A stretch of 63,328 bases of DNA, the filler included, from Craspedostauros australis (taxonomy: Eukaryota), in assembly GCA_030167865.1 (NCBI GenBank). It is 12 parts of 12 records of this genome, joined end to end, with 100 filler letters (N's around TTAATTAATTAA, not from the genome) between each part and the next. Parts side by side here need not be neighbours in the genome. Positions count along the whole stretch, not along the records: positions 46,521 to 52,820 come from JALAGF010000960.1; positions 52,921 to 53,957 come from JALAGF010000961.1; positions 54,058 to 55,431 come from JALAGF010000962.1; positions 55,532 to 56,684 come from JALAGF010000964.1; positions 56,785 to 58,709 come from JALAGF010000965.1; 7 more parts are not named here. One strand, given 5' to 3'. The notes under the pieces were generated by a model. The model was not told the origin of the DNA and did not search any database. It saw only the letters and a program-made list of their open reading frames with translations. The position numbers and the translations under genes were made by a program. Shown in pieces: positions 46,521-58,809 of the stretch. Numbering within the stretch: position 1 is the first letter of the stretch; each line of letters starts with the position of its first letter.

Positions 46521-49500
46521 AGCGGGGAGTCATTCGAGCTGGTTCGGTGGTGGCGAGGGTGATAGCAGCTTGGTTGTCTTCGTGGACGGTAGTGAGTGTG
46601 TCCAGATCGTTCGAGCTGATGGTGAAGCACTGCGTGATCTCGCGGAGGGTCTCTCGAAGCGGAACCAGGACTCTCATGGCAGTGGACATCGCAATGTACT
46701 CTGACTCCTGAGTGCACACTGCGATTTCCGTCTGGAGCTTGGATTTCCAGATGATGGGCATATTCCCCAACATGACCACGAATCCTGTGCGCGACTTGAC
46801 GCATGTAGGGTCCTGGTCGGACTCGGCATTCCAGAGGCCGGCGAAGTCAGCGTCGACGTAGCAGTCGAGTGCTCGCTTGGTGGATGGCTGGACGAGGATG
46901 CCTTCTTGAAGTGTGCCGAGCAGATAGCGGCCGATGCGTTTGAGAGCTTGCTCGTGTGGTAGCTTTGGGTCATTGCAAAAGCGAGCGCATTGGTTGATGG
47001 CGAAGGCGCATTCAGGACGTGTGTTGGTGCCCAGATACATCATCATGCCGAGGACTGAGCGGTAGTTGAACTGTCCTGAGCACGGCGGTGCATCTGGCTC
47101 CTTGCCCAGGGCCTTGTCCGCTGGAGTAGGACGGGAAGTGGCGTTCTCCAAGCCAAGGGCTTCGATCACACGCTGAGTGAGACCAGGTTGCGACAGCTTC
47201 AACGTGCCTTCGGAGTTGCGCTCGATTTGGATCCCGAGGTAGGCGGAGAGGTCGCCTTCTCTGGTGAGGTCGAATCCCTCAGACTCCAGGGTGTTGATGA
47301 GGGCTGTCACCTGCTCTGGTGAGGTGCCGCAGATGATGGCATCGTCGACGTAGAGGACGAGGACCAGTCCGGGCTTGAGGAACAGGCATGGGTCCTTCAC
47401 GGAGACAGTGAAACCGAAAGTGGGCGAGAGGAGTGCCGCACGCAGATGGTCATACCACAGCCGGGGCGCACGTCGGTCTCCATAGAGGCTCTTGTTGATT
47501 TGGAAGATGCGGCCGCGAAGGTCCTTGTTTGCGCTGAAAGGGCCGGGTGGAAGCTCCATGTAGATTGGTTCAGGGAGGGAGGATTGGACGAACGCATTCT
47601 TGAAATCGATTGATTGGGTGTGCAGGTTGAATTCGACAGTGAGAGCGAAGAGGAGCCGGATGGTGCTCCATTCGACAACAGGGGAGAACGTTTGGTTCTT
47701 GTCTCGCCCTGTTTCGAACTGCCGGTCACCTCGAACGCACAAACGTGCCTTCAGCTTCATGATCGACCCGTCCGGATATCGCTTGCGTTTGAAGACCCAC
47801 GTAGAGGGGATGATTTCGTGGGAGCCTGCCGAGGAGCGGGGAACGATGTCGAACGTGCCCTTATCTTGAAGTTGGTCGAGCTCGGTGTAGATGGCAGCGA
47901 TCCACTTGGAGCGCTCCTCGGGGTCGTCGCACCGGAGGACATCACGAAGGGTGGGGTTATCTGCGTCATGGACCCGCACGCCAAGGAGGCGAGGGTCAAG
48001 CTGATGGACCTCCTGGGTGATTGGATGGGTGGAGGCTTCCATAAGAGCACGGAACCGGGGGTCGATGGCTGCGGGGTTGTCCCAATCCAGGCGGTCGAGG
48101 ATGGATACCGGAGCATGCAGGCGAGACGGCCGGCCAGTCGAGAGGACCGAGGACGTGTGGAAAACCACGGTGTCGACGTGGACGGTGTCGTCGCCATACT
48201 TGAGAGCGGGCCTGCGGATGCGATGGCCGCGCCCGAGGGGAGGGTCGGCACGAGCTGGTGCCTCAGCTGGGACGGCGTCCTGGGGTCCGACGTCCTGGGG
48301 ATCGGCGTTGTTCTCTGCCTCAGGTACCACCACCTCGCCCTCAACGCCGACACCAGGAGGAGGGCCAGAGAAGGGAAGAGCGGGCGGGTCGGCGGGAAAG
48401 AAATGCGGGTCGGGCGGCGGAAGCGGGCCGTCAACCGCAACGTCATGGAACTCCAGCACGTGCTCGCGAGAGGTGCGGAAGAGATCGTGCCAGAGCGGGT
48501 CCAGGTCACCGGAGGCGGCGTTGGAGACGGTGGAGAACGTCTCATCGTACACCACATGATACTGCCGGGAGACCCAGCCGGTCTGGATGCTGCGGACGAG
48601 GCCAACCGAGGACGAGTGCTCGGGATCGAAGCCAAGGTACTGGCCGAGCCGGGCCCGCGGCTCCCAGCGAGGGATGGACTTGTCGGCCTGCAGCCGAGGG
48701 TCGAGGACGTAGGCGGGGCACCCCCAGACGCGAGAGCGAGGGAGGTACTGGGACCCGACGGAGGAGTCGGTGAAAGCGTCATGCGGAGTGGTGCGGGAGG
48801 TGCGGCGCGGCGTGTGGTTGTACAACCATGCGGCGTGCGACATGGCGGTTGGCCACAAGTCGGTGCCGAACTCCTTAGGCCAGTGAAGCTGGGCATGAAC
48901 CATCATGGCCCGGGCGCGAAGGGTACAGGTGAGGATGGCGCGCTCGGCTGCCCCATTCTGATGATGGGCACCGACAGCACCGAAGGTGAGGCGCTGGTCG
49001 GCATCGAGGCTGTCACGCCAGGCAGCAGAGGTGAAGACACCACGGTCGGTGTGGTAGTGCCGAACCTGAACCCCGTGGGCGCGGGCGGACTGCTCGAAGA
49101 CACGCTTGGACGCAATGGTGTCGGAGGCACCGAAGGAGACCTGGTGGTGGATGGAGATGAAGCCAGTGTGCGAGTCAACGAAGATGGTCCCACCGACGTA
49201 GCGCTGGGTCTGGGGCTCCAGGCCGAAGGTGTTGAGACGCCGGCCACGAACACTGCTCTCGAACTGATCGACAGACACGTGCTCGCCCGGAAGCGCAGTT
49301 CCGGGAGCGATGGGACGGATATCGCCGGCGGGAGCGGAGCGACGGTTGGGGAGGCGCTGCTTGCGAGACTTCGCGAGGACGCAGGAAGCGCACTTTGGCA
49401 GGGGGCACCGCTTCATGCCAGAGACAGATGGGACGAGATGGGACTGTGGCACTTCATCCTCCGGGTCCAGGACCTCGTGGGCGCGGAACAGCTGCTGCAC

Positions 49501-50841
49501 ATGAGCCATGCCGAGGTGGCCAAGCTTGAGATGGGCATGCAGGAGAGCCTTCTGCGCGGTGGAAAGGTTGGTGTTGGCTGGCTCGAGGGCTTCGACGCCG
49601 GCCAGAGCGGTGGACTCGGTGAGATGGGCGGCGGAGCGATGGGCGGAGCCGCAGGATGGCTTAGCAGACGGGCGGCCAAGCGCAGTCGGGATGTTGGAGT
49701 GCGGGTGGACCGGGACGGTGATGGTGCCCTTGTCGGCGGTCCTCATCCAGAACTGTCGGCTGTTTCCGCCGAACGTTTCCGCGTCGTAGAGGCGAGCGGT
49801 CTTGGCGTAGTCCTGAGGGGAAACGAGGCGAACATTGCTGCCGGGGATGAGATGGCCGGGCATGACCACAGTATCGAAGGTACCGTCGATAGACATGATG
49901 TCGTAAGACACGGTTCCGATGGCAGTGATGTTCATTGACCCGCTGGCGGTGTGCACTTTGCCGTAGGACCCGAAGATGGGCTCATCCAGGAAGTCGTCAA
50001 CGTCATAGGTCATGGCGAAGGAACAGCCAGTGTCCATGATGATGGGAACGAGATTCTTGTGAGTGCCCTTTGGCGAGTGGTAGGCGTTGTGGATGAGCTG
50101 CGACATGAATTGGTGGTCGACGTTGAAGGATGAGGCTTGGAAGGCAAGCGGATGAAGGTCCAGCGGAGCGGAGATGGTGAGGGGACCTTTGGAGACAGGG
50201 CGGAAAGGGCCTGAGGCCCAACTGATGAGGCGAAAGAGATCCGGCGGGATGACGTCGTCAGTGGCGGTAGCGGACTCCGGAGCAGGTAGGCGTGATGCCT
50301 GGACGGCGGCGGAGGCATGGCGATGGGCCATGAGATCGTCGAACTGGTGCCCGAACCCGGATAGGTGGAGAAGAGAGGATGGAGAGGGAGGAGCGGCCCC
50401 CAGAGAGGAGGTGCCGGCCTCGACCTCCTGTAAGATGCGGCAGGGAGCGAGGACTGGGAGAGGAGGACCCCGAGCATGTACAAGACGGCTAGACCGGACT
50501 TGCGCATACTCGAAGTATCGGAGAGTAGACGCCGGGATGGTCAGGTAGGAGAGGACCATCAGGCGGGCGGGGAGGCCAAGGCCGAGGCGGCTGGAGTGCC
50601 GGACGACATGGCGAGGGACGGAGGGAAGGCTGGGTCCGCCTGGATGACGGAGAAGGTGCCGGAGGGTGGTGACGACCCAAGCATCGGCGGGGAGCACCCA
50701 CTGGAGGACCCAAGTAGTCGAGACTGCGATTTGCTCAATGAAGAGCCCCAGGCACCCTACCACCCCCTCAATGAGGAAGAGCAGGATGACTGGCAAGCAG
50801 AGGAGAGGGCTTACGCGAGGAAGGGCCGCCTTTAAAAACCC
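46521..50841 (-). CDS. pol: Pol (protease, integrase, RT, RNase H) in the -1 frame relative to gag
   Basis: IMDTGCS; HLKLGH...CASC; VDQF/HTDRG/NGAAE; LYVDD; YVDADFAG. Confidence 0.93.
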
Positions 50842-52223
50842 GACGCATCATCGGCCATGCGGACGCGAAGGGTGGTCGGGGGAGGCGCGGCCACGGAAGC
50901 GGAGTCGTCGACGGCGGTGGCTTTGGCCTCAGCGGAGGCCTGGCGCTCGCCCCGCTTGCGCTTGAACTCCTGGAACCAGGCGTCGTGGCCGTCGGTCTCG
51001 TGGTTGCCCCAGCGCTGGCAGCGAGGGTTGCCGCACCAGTGCTCCGATCCGGAGCCATTGGCGCGGTCCCGGGTGTGGCTCTCGCCCTCCTGAGGAGGAG
51101 TGCGGTCGATGGGGTTGCCCCGGCGGTCGACCGAGGGCTTGGCGCCCGATCCAGACCCGGTGGCGTTGTTGGCAGCAGCGGGGTGGCGACGGCGGATATG
51201 CCAAGAGTCCGTGGCAACGAGCTTGCGGTACTTGCCGAGGGAGACGTCAAGGACGCCCTCCCAGGTATCCAAGGTGGACGACGTCCCAATCTCCATGGAC
51301 ATCTCCATGAAGCCCAGGTGAGTCTTGAAGTCCTGGCAGGTGCATGTGTGGAAGACCCGAATGAGGATCTGCGGCATGTCGGTGGGGACGTCGATGGTGG
51401 AGGCCGCAATGCGGGAGATGGCCGAGCGGAGGTAGGCACACGCCACTTCGATGTTCTCGCCCTCAATCTGGCTGACCTTGAAATGCTGGATCCGGTTGAG
51501 GATCTCGCGGGCCGTATCAGAGTTGGTGCGGGCCACCAACTCGACGATGTAGAAGAGCGCGAGCGGTCCACCCTTTTCGTCGTAGGGAACGAGGCGGAGG
51601 CGGTTGGCGACGATAGCGCGGAGCTCCTCGGTGCAGGAGTTCAGGATGAAACGCTGAGAGACCTCGAGGTCGGTCGCGATCTCATCGCTGCTTGCGAAGT
51701 TGTGGTACGTCCAATTGGATGCACGGACGTCGGCTTCGGTACACTTCAGGTACTCCGAGAACAGCTTCCGTGGAGAATCGGAAGAGAAGGACGGGGTACC
51801 CTCAGAGGAAAGGACTGGGCGTGCGACGATGTCGAAGACATCGGTCATGTCGTACGCCGCGAGGTGTTCTTCAACGCGACTGAGGATGGCGTTGAGGTCA
51901 TGGTTCTTCTCCAAGAAGTCGTTCGACTTGATGTCGGAGGAGAGGTCCTGCACCATGAATTGGACATCGTCGATGGACTTCGATGCCTTTTCAAGCACAG
52001 GGATGCGATCCTTGTCGCTGAGGGCGGCGCGCTGTGCCTTGGTTAAGAACACATGGCACTTCTTGGATGCGACGGAGGCGCGGCGGGTGGTTTGGAACAT
52101 GGCGGAGACCGGCGGCGTGGGAAGCGAAGGCGGGTCCGGAGTGGAAGCTGGGTCTGATGGCAAGCGTGGGGTGGTCTCGTCTGACGGAGTGGAGCTGATA
52201 TCACCGGAGACGCTGGCGGACAT
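50832..52223 (-). CDS. gag: Gag with CCHH-type zinc knuckle
   Basis: GGPLALFYI; HWCGNPRCQRWGNHETDGH; lies between the PBS and pol. Confidence 0.85.
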   Translation of the reverse strand: MSASVSGDISSTPSDETTPRLPSDPASTPDPPSLPTPPVSAMFQTTRRASVASKKCHVFLTKAQRAALSDKDRIPVLEKASKSIDDVQFMVQDLSSDIKSNDFLEKNHDLNAILSRVEEHLAAYDMTDVFDIVARPVLSSEGTPSFSSDSPRKLFSEYLKCTEADVRASNWTYHNFASSDEIATDLEVSQRFILNSCTEELRAIVANRLRLVPYDEKGGPLALFYIVELVARTNSDTAREILNRIQHFKVSQIEGENIEVACAYLRSAISRIAASTIDVPTDMPQILIRVFHTCTCQDFKTHLGFMEMSMEIGTSSTLDTWEGVLDVSLGKYRKLVATDSWHIRRRHPAAANNATGSGSGAKPSVDRRGNPIDRTPPQEGESHTRDRANGSGSEHWCGNPRCQRWGNHETDGHDAWFQEFKRKRGERQASAEAKATAVDDSASVAAPPPTTLRVRMADDASGF

Positions 52224-52525
52224 TCAGATGGCTGAGTTGAGGGTTGGTAGATGGGAGGCTGGCACGCGGATGGGTGGCAGTCTGCTGATGGCTGAAGGGA
52301 GACGGGGAGCAGAGGATCGCTGAGATGAGATCTGAGAGCGATGTCGAGCTGGTGGAGTCAGGTTGAACGGTCGGGGCTTGGTGGGCACGAGCGACGGTTG
52401 AGAGCTGACTGCGAGGGGAGATCAGATGAGCGGTCGGGGCTGTGAAGCACGAGCGACGGCTGAGGGCTGATGGAACTGATGGAAGACGATGAACGGAAGA
52501 TGCGATTAGCAGGGATGTGAATCCA

Positions 52526-52536
52526 GGCTCATAACC
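52526..52536 (-). promoter_or_regulatory. Primer-binding site complementary to the tRNA-Met anticodon stem-loop
   Basis: Minus strand reads ...TTACA AGA GGTTATGAGCC. Plus strand GGCTCATAACC equals a tRNA-Met(CAU) anticodon arm. Confidence 0.7.
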
Positions 52537-52920
52537 TCTTGTAATCTGATAACGAGTGATTTATGATTAGTTGCTTGAGGTGCGGGATGCATAGTGAGGT
52601 TCATTGCGGTGTATCGAGGTGCTGTGCGAGTGATTGCGAGCAGACAGAGAGAGAGGGAGCTGTTGATCGAGATGGAGCGAGATTGGGAATATTTCGCTGG
52701 CCGAAGTTTGTTGAGTTCAGCAAGATGCCCTTGACGGGATAACGCTCCATGAACGAACTTAGATAGACGAACGACTTCTTTGTTGCGTTGCCATCCGTAC
52801 GAAGCTTAGCACTTAGGGCANNNNNNNNNNNNNNNNNNNNNNNNNNNNNNNNNNNNNNNNNNNNTTAATTAATTAANNNNNNNNNNNNNNNNNNNNNNNN
52901 NNNNNNNNNNNNNNNNNNNN

Positions 52921-53957
52921 TTGGCCGTCGCTGCATACCCTCTTTTCAGTGGGATCTTGGTCTTCCATCCTTGTGGGGTACCAGACAGTTCCAGCGGGGT
53001 CCGTATGCTGGAGTTATCTGTCTCGGGGTCCATGTCTTGGTCGAAGGTGACATGCCTGTTGTTGTTTATACCCTTCCTGAAGGGACGGACCACGCTTCGT
53101 ACCAGTACACGTCGAGATTCGTCATCCAGCACGTGGTAGGTGAGGAAATCCCCATGGGACTCTGCCACGCCGAGCCAGTATCCTGNCTTCTCCTTCGANT
53201 TCGGGAAGGTAGCGTTGGGGTCATGGTACAAGACCTTCTCGTAGAATTGGAAAGTCAAGAGCGCAGAGATGTCGACGGTCTCTCCGTGTCGTACGGTGTA
53301 TGGGATCGCGTATCGTAGGGACGGGTCTGATGTATGGTTGTGCACGTAGCACATGTATCGGAAAGCGTGGAACCATGCTTTTGGTGGTGCCCCTGTCCGG
53401 TCAATGAGCGTCGTGACACATCGCTTCATGTACAGGATGGCGTTGTGCTCGGCCGGGTTCTGTTGTTGGTTGTGCGGTTCTGTCAGCCTTGATTTGATGT
53501 GGGGGTCCCTAAGAAGCTTGAGGACCTTTTCTCCGGTCTGTTCCTTCGCGTTGTCGCTGTGGAAGGCCCATGGTGCACCCTCTGTCCTGATGAAATCTTG
53601 GAAGGCGACGAAAACTCCTTCTTTCTTCTTCAGGCCATATGCGTTGATCATGTGTGAGGATGTCCCGTAGAAGATTTGCGCCATGGAGTATCCGTCTCCA
53701 AAAGACTTGACGTTGGAGAATATGGTGTCCGTCGCCACGATCTCCCGGATTCGTTGTTGTCGCATCCATTCGAATCTGGACTTCTTGTGCCTTCGCATAG
53801 GGTAGGTGATCACTGCCCGCATGAGTTGTGTGGTTCTGGCAAGGGTCTGTTTGATCACGTGCGTGGGCAGGTATCCGAGGTACGGTCGGATCTTGTGAAG
53901 ATCGATGGACTTCCATTTAGCTCGGAACGGGAACCCTTGGTGGCTGTACTCGGTCAT
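52921..53957 (-). mobile_element. Copia (CoDi-like) integrase fragment
   Basis: VATDTIFS; HSDNAKE; TEPHNQQQNPAE; GYWLGVAESHGDFLTY. Confidence 0.85.
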
Positions 53958-54057
53958 NNNNNNNNNNNNNNNNNNNNNNNNNNNNNNNNNNNNNNNNNNN
54001 NTTAATTAATTAANNNNNNNNNNNNNNNNNNNNNNNNNNNNNNNNNNNNNNNNNNNN

Positions 54058-55431
54058 CCTGCTCCATACGGTACCTCTCCAATGCCACCAATCGCACACG
54101 GCATGCCAATCACCTGCTTTGGCAACTTGGAATGTCAAGGTTGTGGTATCGTGTTCTGCGGTTGCTGCAATCCGGCATATGCAAGACTCTCGTTCTGCCC
54201 ACAATGTGGAGCAAACCATGAAGGAGCTGGGCAGGTGGGCTTTGCCCCAGATGGTGGCAATCAAAACCACTCCGAAACAGCACCTCGTCCGCATGTCCAA
54301 GCAAATCGCAGTGTTGTCATGTCTGCTCCAGTCCCAACCAGCATTGACAACAATCGCGATGGTGATACAATGATGGGTGACACTATCATCAACAACGAAG
54401 CCTCAGCCCCTGGATGGCCAACATGGACGAAGGATATGTCTGCAAAACAGAAGCTGCTATCCCTCTTCAGGATGACAGGCAGGGATCCAGGCGCACTGAG
54501 GAACTTCCCAAAGGGCGGATACCCAGGGATTTCAACCAAGTCCAACAGATATCATTGGGACTCCATGGAACGAGCATGGGAAGAACATGTTTCTATCTTT
54601 TGGAATGCAGCTGCCCCCAACACGATGGCTCCACCCCAACTGTGTGATGTCATCAAGTATGTCCGGCACAACAAGGCTCTCTCTCTCACAGGTTTAGAGG
54701 AGACTGTCTGTCACGTTGCCTTCTTTGGAAATGACGACTTCTCTAAAGCTGCACGTGCGATGCTGGCATGCACATGTGGTGCCACAGAATGTGAGCGCAT
54801 CCTGCAAGTGCACCATCATGCCCTACCAGCAGAAGAACAAGCCAAGGTTGTCAACACTCGAATTGCCATGCGCCAAGACACGCACGGCCGATTCAAGGAT
54901 TTGGCGGGCACCCTTCTATCTGGGAAGTCAATTCCAAAAATAGAGCGGCCTTACCGTCCACCCGAAGACTCCCTCAAGAACGCCATCTCGTACATCACAA
55001 CCATTGGGCACTACAAGGGCGGAAGATCGCGTACTGTGATGCTCGATGGCATTGTCTACGATAATTTGCCAATCTTTGTTCGCGACAGTACTCCTTCAAG
55101 GGAACTGTTCCGCGACTACATCAAGGACAATGACAATGCAGTCGGCTTTCCCACCTTCCGCGACCTCCTCAAGCTGCTGACAAGATGTGGCACTTCACAC
55201 ACCGCCTTGTCCTCCTACTACATGGACATGTCGAACGTCATTACTGAATTCAAACTCATGATGGAAAGGATCTTGGAATTACTCCCTGACATCGACGCGA
55301 CCACAGATCTGCGTGCCGAAGTTGCGATGCTGGTGAATGATGCCGACGCTACTTTCACCTTTGTGAGATGGGAGTATACCAACTCCCATATGCAAATTGA
55401 GTGTGATGATGACCATCTCCACTCTGCAACA
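54058..55431 (+). CDS. Cys-cluster protein fragment of a multicopy family, probably transposon-encoded; copy 1
   Basis: Open frame across the contig with CxxC...CxxC motifs. A close paralog lies at 62180-63328. Confidence 0.6.
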
Positions 55432-55531
55432 NNNNNNNNNNNNNNNNNNNNNNNNNNNNNNNNNNNNNNNNNNNNTTAATTAATTAANNNNNNNNNNNNN
55501 NNNNNNNNNNNNNNNNNNNNNNNNNNNNNNN

Positions 55532-56684
55532 GTTTCCATGTCGGCAATCGCGCTGACACTCACATCGATCCAGAGCCTTCTCAGCCCCCCAACCGAGGTC
55601 GCAGTCACGATCGCAATCATTCCGTCCACAGTGCACGGCCGCTGTCAATCAACGGCCGTCGCTACTCAACAGCAAGCCTCCGATCCAGCTTCTCCCAAGC
55701 AAATTCGACCACCCGGTTGCAACGACGACGACGCAGCAGTGACATGCAAAGCATTGACCGCAAGGTGCGATCTTCCCGCACCCGTCCTCGGAAGCAGGTC
55801 ACGCAAACCGATCGCTTCAACCAAATCCAATCTCACCTCCAAAAGGAAGACGCCTCGAAAACGCAACGTGCGTCTCATCAACAAACAACCGACGACAGAA
55901 AACAGAGACACGAAGCCAAGCTTGATCGACCTCGGCGAAAGCAACACAAAATATCCTCCGACGATGATGCTTCCCATGGCAGTGACTCACCCATCCGAAG
56001 TACCGTTAAGAAAAGGCGCCAGTCGCATGACAGCTCATCTTCAGAATCTTCCTACACTCAATTCGGATCTGCCAGCGGAGTCCGCCTGGGAGACCACTTC
56101 AGTGACCAAACAACGATCGCCGATGATCTTTCTGGTGCGAACCATGCTTCTGAGAATACCAATCGCGACAGCAACGGACGCGTCGATAGCAGCCCTGGCT
56201 TGGACCTGCAACAGGATGCAACGGATCCAAATCAAAAGGCTCCGATCATGGCGACGCTGGCGCCTTGCGTTGATCAGGTTCGGGAAGGTCTCAAGGACGA
56301 AATCACGCAAGAGCTTCGAATCCAACAACAGAGTGCGAGGGTGTCGTACGATTACACTCACCTTCAAACTGCCATCGTGGTGGCGAGCGACGGGAAGGCC
56401 GTGGATATGGAGAACACCATGCTCGCCGACGGACGAAGTGAAAACCTCCACGAGAACAACGACGAGTCAGACAGCAATGCTGCAGTCGCTCAACGCAAGC
56501 GCCGGCAATTGCAGATGGTGGCAATTGCCATCTGTTTACTCAGCACAATCGGAATTGTCGTAGCTGTCATCCTTGCCACAGGCGCGGGCACAGATGCTGG
56601 TAATGGCAGTGCCGTCGGAGACAACGAAACAGACGACCAGGTGGGATTTAGCAACACTTCATCTCCAACCATCATGCCAACACT
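55532..56684 (+). CDS. Fragment of a single-pass membrane protein (low-complexity N-terminus, TM, PT linker)
   Basis: Open frame from 55534; RKRR-QLQMVAIAICLLSTIGIVVAVILA TM segment followed by SPTIMPT. Confidence 0.55.
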
Positions 56685-56784
56685 NNNNNNNNNNNNNNNN
56701 NNNNNNNNNNNNNNNNNNNNNNNNNNNNTTAATTAATTAANNNNNNNNNNNNNNNNNNNNNNNNNNNNNNNNNNNNNNNNNNNN

Positions 56785-58709
56785 CCGCGGAGACAACAGC
56801 GGAGAGAACAAGGCATCGGAGGCCCACCTGCTCGAAGCCGGATTCGACGTCTCATTCGAATACACGGCGTCCAACACGCCACAACAGAACGGCAGAGTCG
56901 AGCGCAAGTTCGCATACTTGTACACGAAGATGCGATCCATGCTGAACGGCGCCCAGCTCAACGAGGAGCACAGACATGGGCTATGGGCTGCAGCAGCCAA
57001 CGTCGCGACCGCGGTCGCCAACATCACCGTGGCGAAGGGAAAGACCAAGTCGCCACACAACCTATTCTTCGGAGAGGATCCGAAGTATGCAAGCGGACTT
57101 CGCACCTTTGGTGAAGTCGGAGTCGTCAAGACGGCCTATGGAGGCATGACAGCGAAACTCCAGAACAGAGGCGAGGCGATGTTGTTCGTCGGATATGCTC
57201 CACAGCATGGATCCGGCGTCTACAACATGTACCGCCCGTCCACCAAGTCCATCGTCTGCACCAGAGACGTGAAGTGGCTCAACAGATCGTACGGGCACTT
57301 CAAGGGTTGGACCTACGGCTTGGACGATGGGAAGCCGGAAGGGAGTCAGATCGTCGCAACCGATGCCGAGCACCCAACGGAAACCGACGATGACGGATTC
57401 ATCCTGGTCGGAAGGGAAGGGACAGCGCCGTCCCACACCGCTCGGGCCAAGCCGAAGCGACGCTCTGTGTCATTCGCCGACGCGAACTCCTACCACGTTC
57501 TCTCGGATGACGACGATGAGGACGATGACAACACCGACAACAACACGAGTGCAAAGAAGGACTCACCAGGTCTCGCGAGCGAGACGGCGAGCACACCAGT
57601 GGACGAAGGGACTGCGTCCGAAGAAGAGGTTGACGCGATTCCCATCGACGACGACACAGTGACCGATATTGAAGATGTCGCCCCACCGAGTGTCCCGCCA
57701 AGCATCCTCCGCACTCCGCCAACATCACGCAAGCGTTCGCACGAAGCGAACGATGATTCGAAAGCTAGTCGCACCACGACTGCTGATCCCCCACGACGAC
57801 CAAGCAAGCGCGATACCACTCGCAGCGAACGACAACAGCGATACATCGAGCGAAGCAAGCATCAAGCAAAAACGAATGCGAAGTCGCGTGCGTCGCTGCC
57901 GTCCAACGTGAAAGGAAAGAGCGAACTGCGCAACCTTGCGAACTACAACAAGCCAGGAAAGAAAGAGAAGGATGAAGGCAAGCGGTTCACTACCAACCTA
58001 TCCGTCTTCAATAGGGGAAGCGACACCGACAACGATAAGAGCAACACAGACCACGATCATGACAGCAGCGAGGAGACCAACGACGATGACAAAACCAATG
58101 ACGATACCACCGACGAAAATGAGGAGAATGACGAAGCTACGAACGACGAAGACAGCGACTCTCCTCCATCGGACATCACCAACACAGTCACAGATGCTCT
58201 ATTCGGTAACAACGCAATCAGTACCGACGATTTCGAGACTGAGATCTGCGCAACCACCCAAGATGAGACAGGAGAGACATCGACGCACATCGAGCCATCA
58301 ACCTTCGACCAAGCATTCAACCATCNGAATGCAACACACCGGAAGGGCTACAGAGCTGCCATCGCAAAGGAGTTCNGTTCGATGGATGCTCGATCCGTCT
58401 ACAGCAAGATCAAGCGCTCATCGATTCCAAGGGACCGCAGATGCTGCAAGTGCAAATGGGTATTTAAATTACAGCACAATGGAACCTATCGAGCGCGTCT
58501 GGTGGCGTGTGGCTACTCGCAGATCGCAGGAGTGGACTACCAAGAGCACCACTCGCCGGTCATCCACGACGTCACGTACCGTGTGATGATGGTGATCATG
58601 ATGCTACAGAAGATGGATTGTGCATTCGTGGACGTCGTCACGGCATTCTTGTACGGCGACCTCGAAGAAGAGGTGTACATGAATTGTCCAAGCGGAATGG
58701 ACAGCACAC
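56785..58709 (+). mobile_element. Copia pol fragment (integrase C-terminal part, linker, RT N-terminal part)
   Basis: TPQQNGRVER; FVGYA; CKWVFK...YRARLVACGYSQIAGVDY; DVVTAFLYGDLEEEVYM. Confidence 0.9.
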
Positions 58710-58809
58710 NNNNNNNNNNNNNNNNNNNNNNNNNNNNNNNNNNNNNNNNNNNNTTAATTAATTAANNNNNNNNNNNNNNNNNNNNNNNNNNNNNNNNNNN
58801 NNNNNNNNN

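Larger units (their letters stand above)
46521..52820 (-). mobile_element. Ty1/Copia (CoDi-like) LTR retrotransposon: partial 5' LTR, PBS, gag and pol, truncated in RNase H
   Basis: Domain order PR-IN-RT-RH; primer-binding site next to an LTR-type CA end. Confidence 0.93.

Noticed and set aside
47614..49938. 774-aa plus-strand ORF
   Set aside because: Antisense shadow of the GC-rich pol gene with no recognisable motifs.
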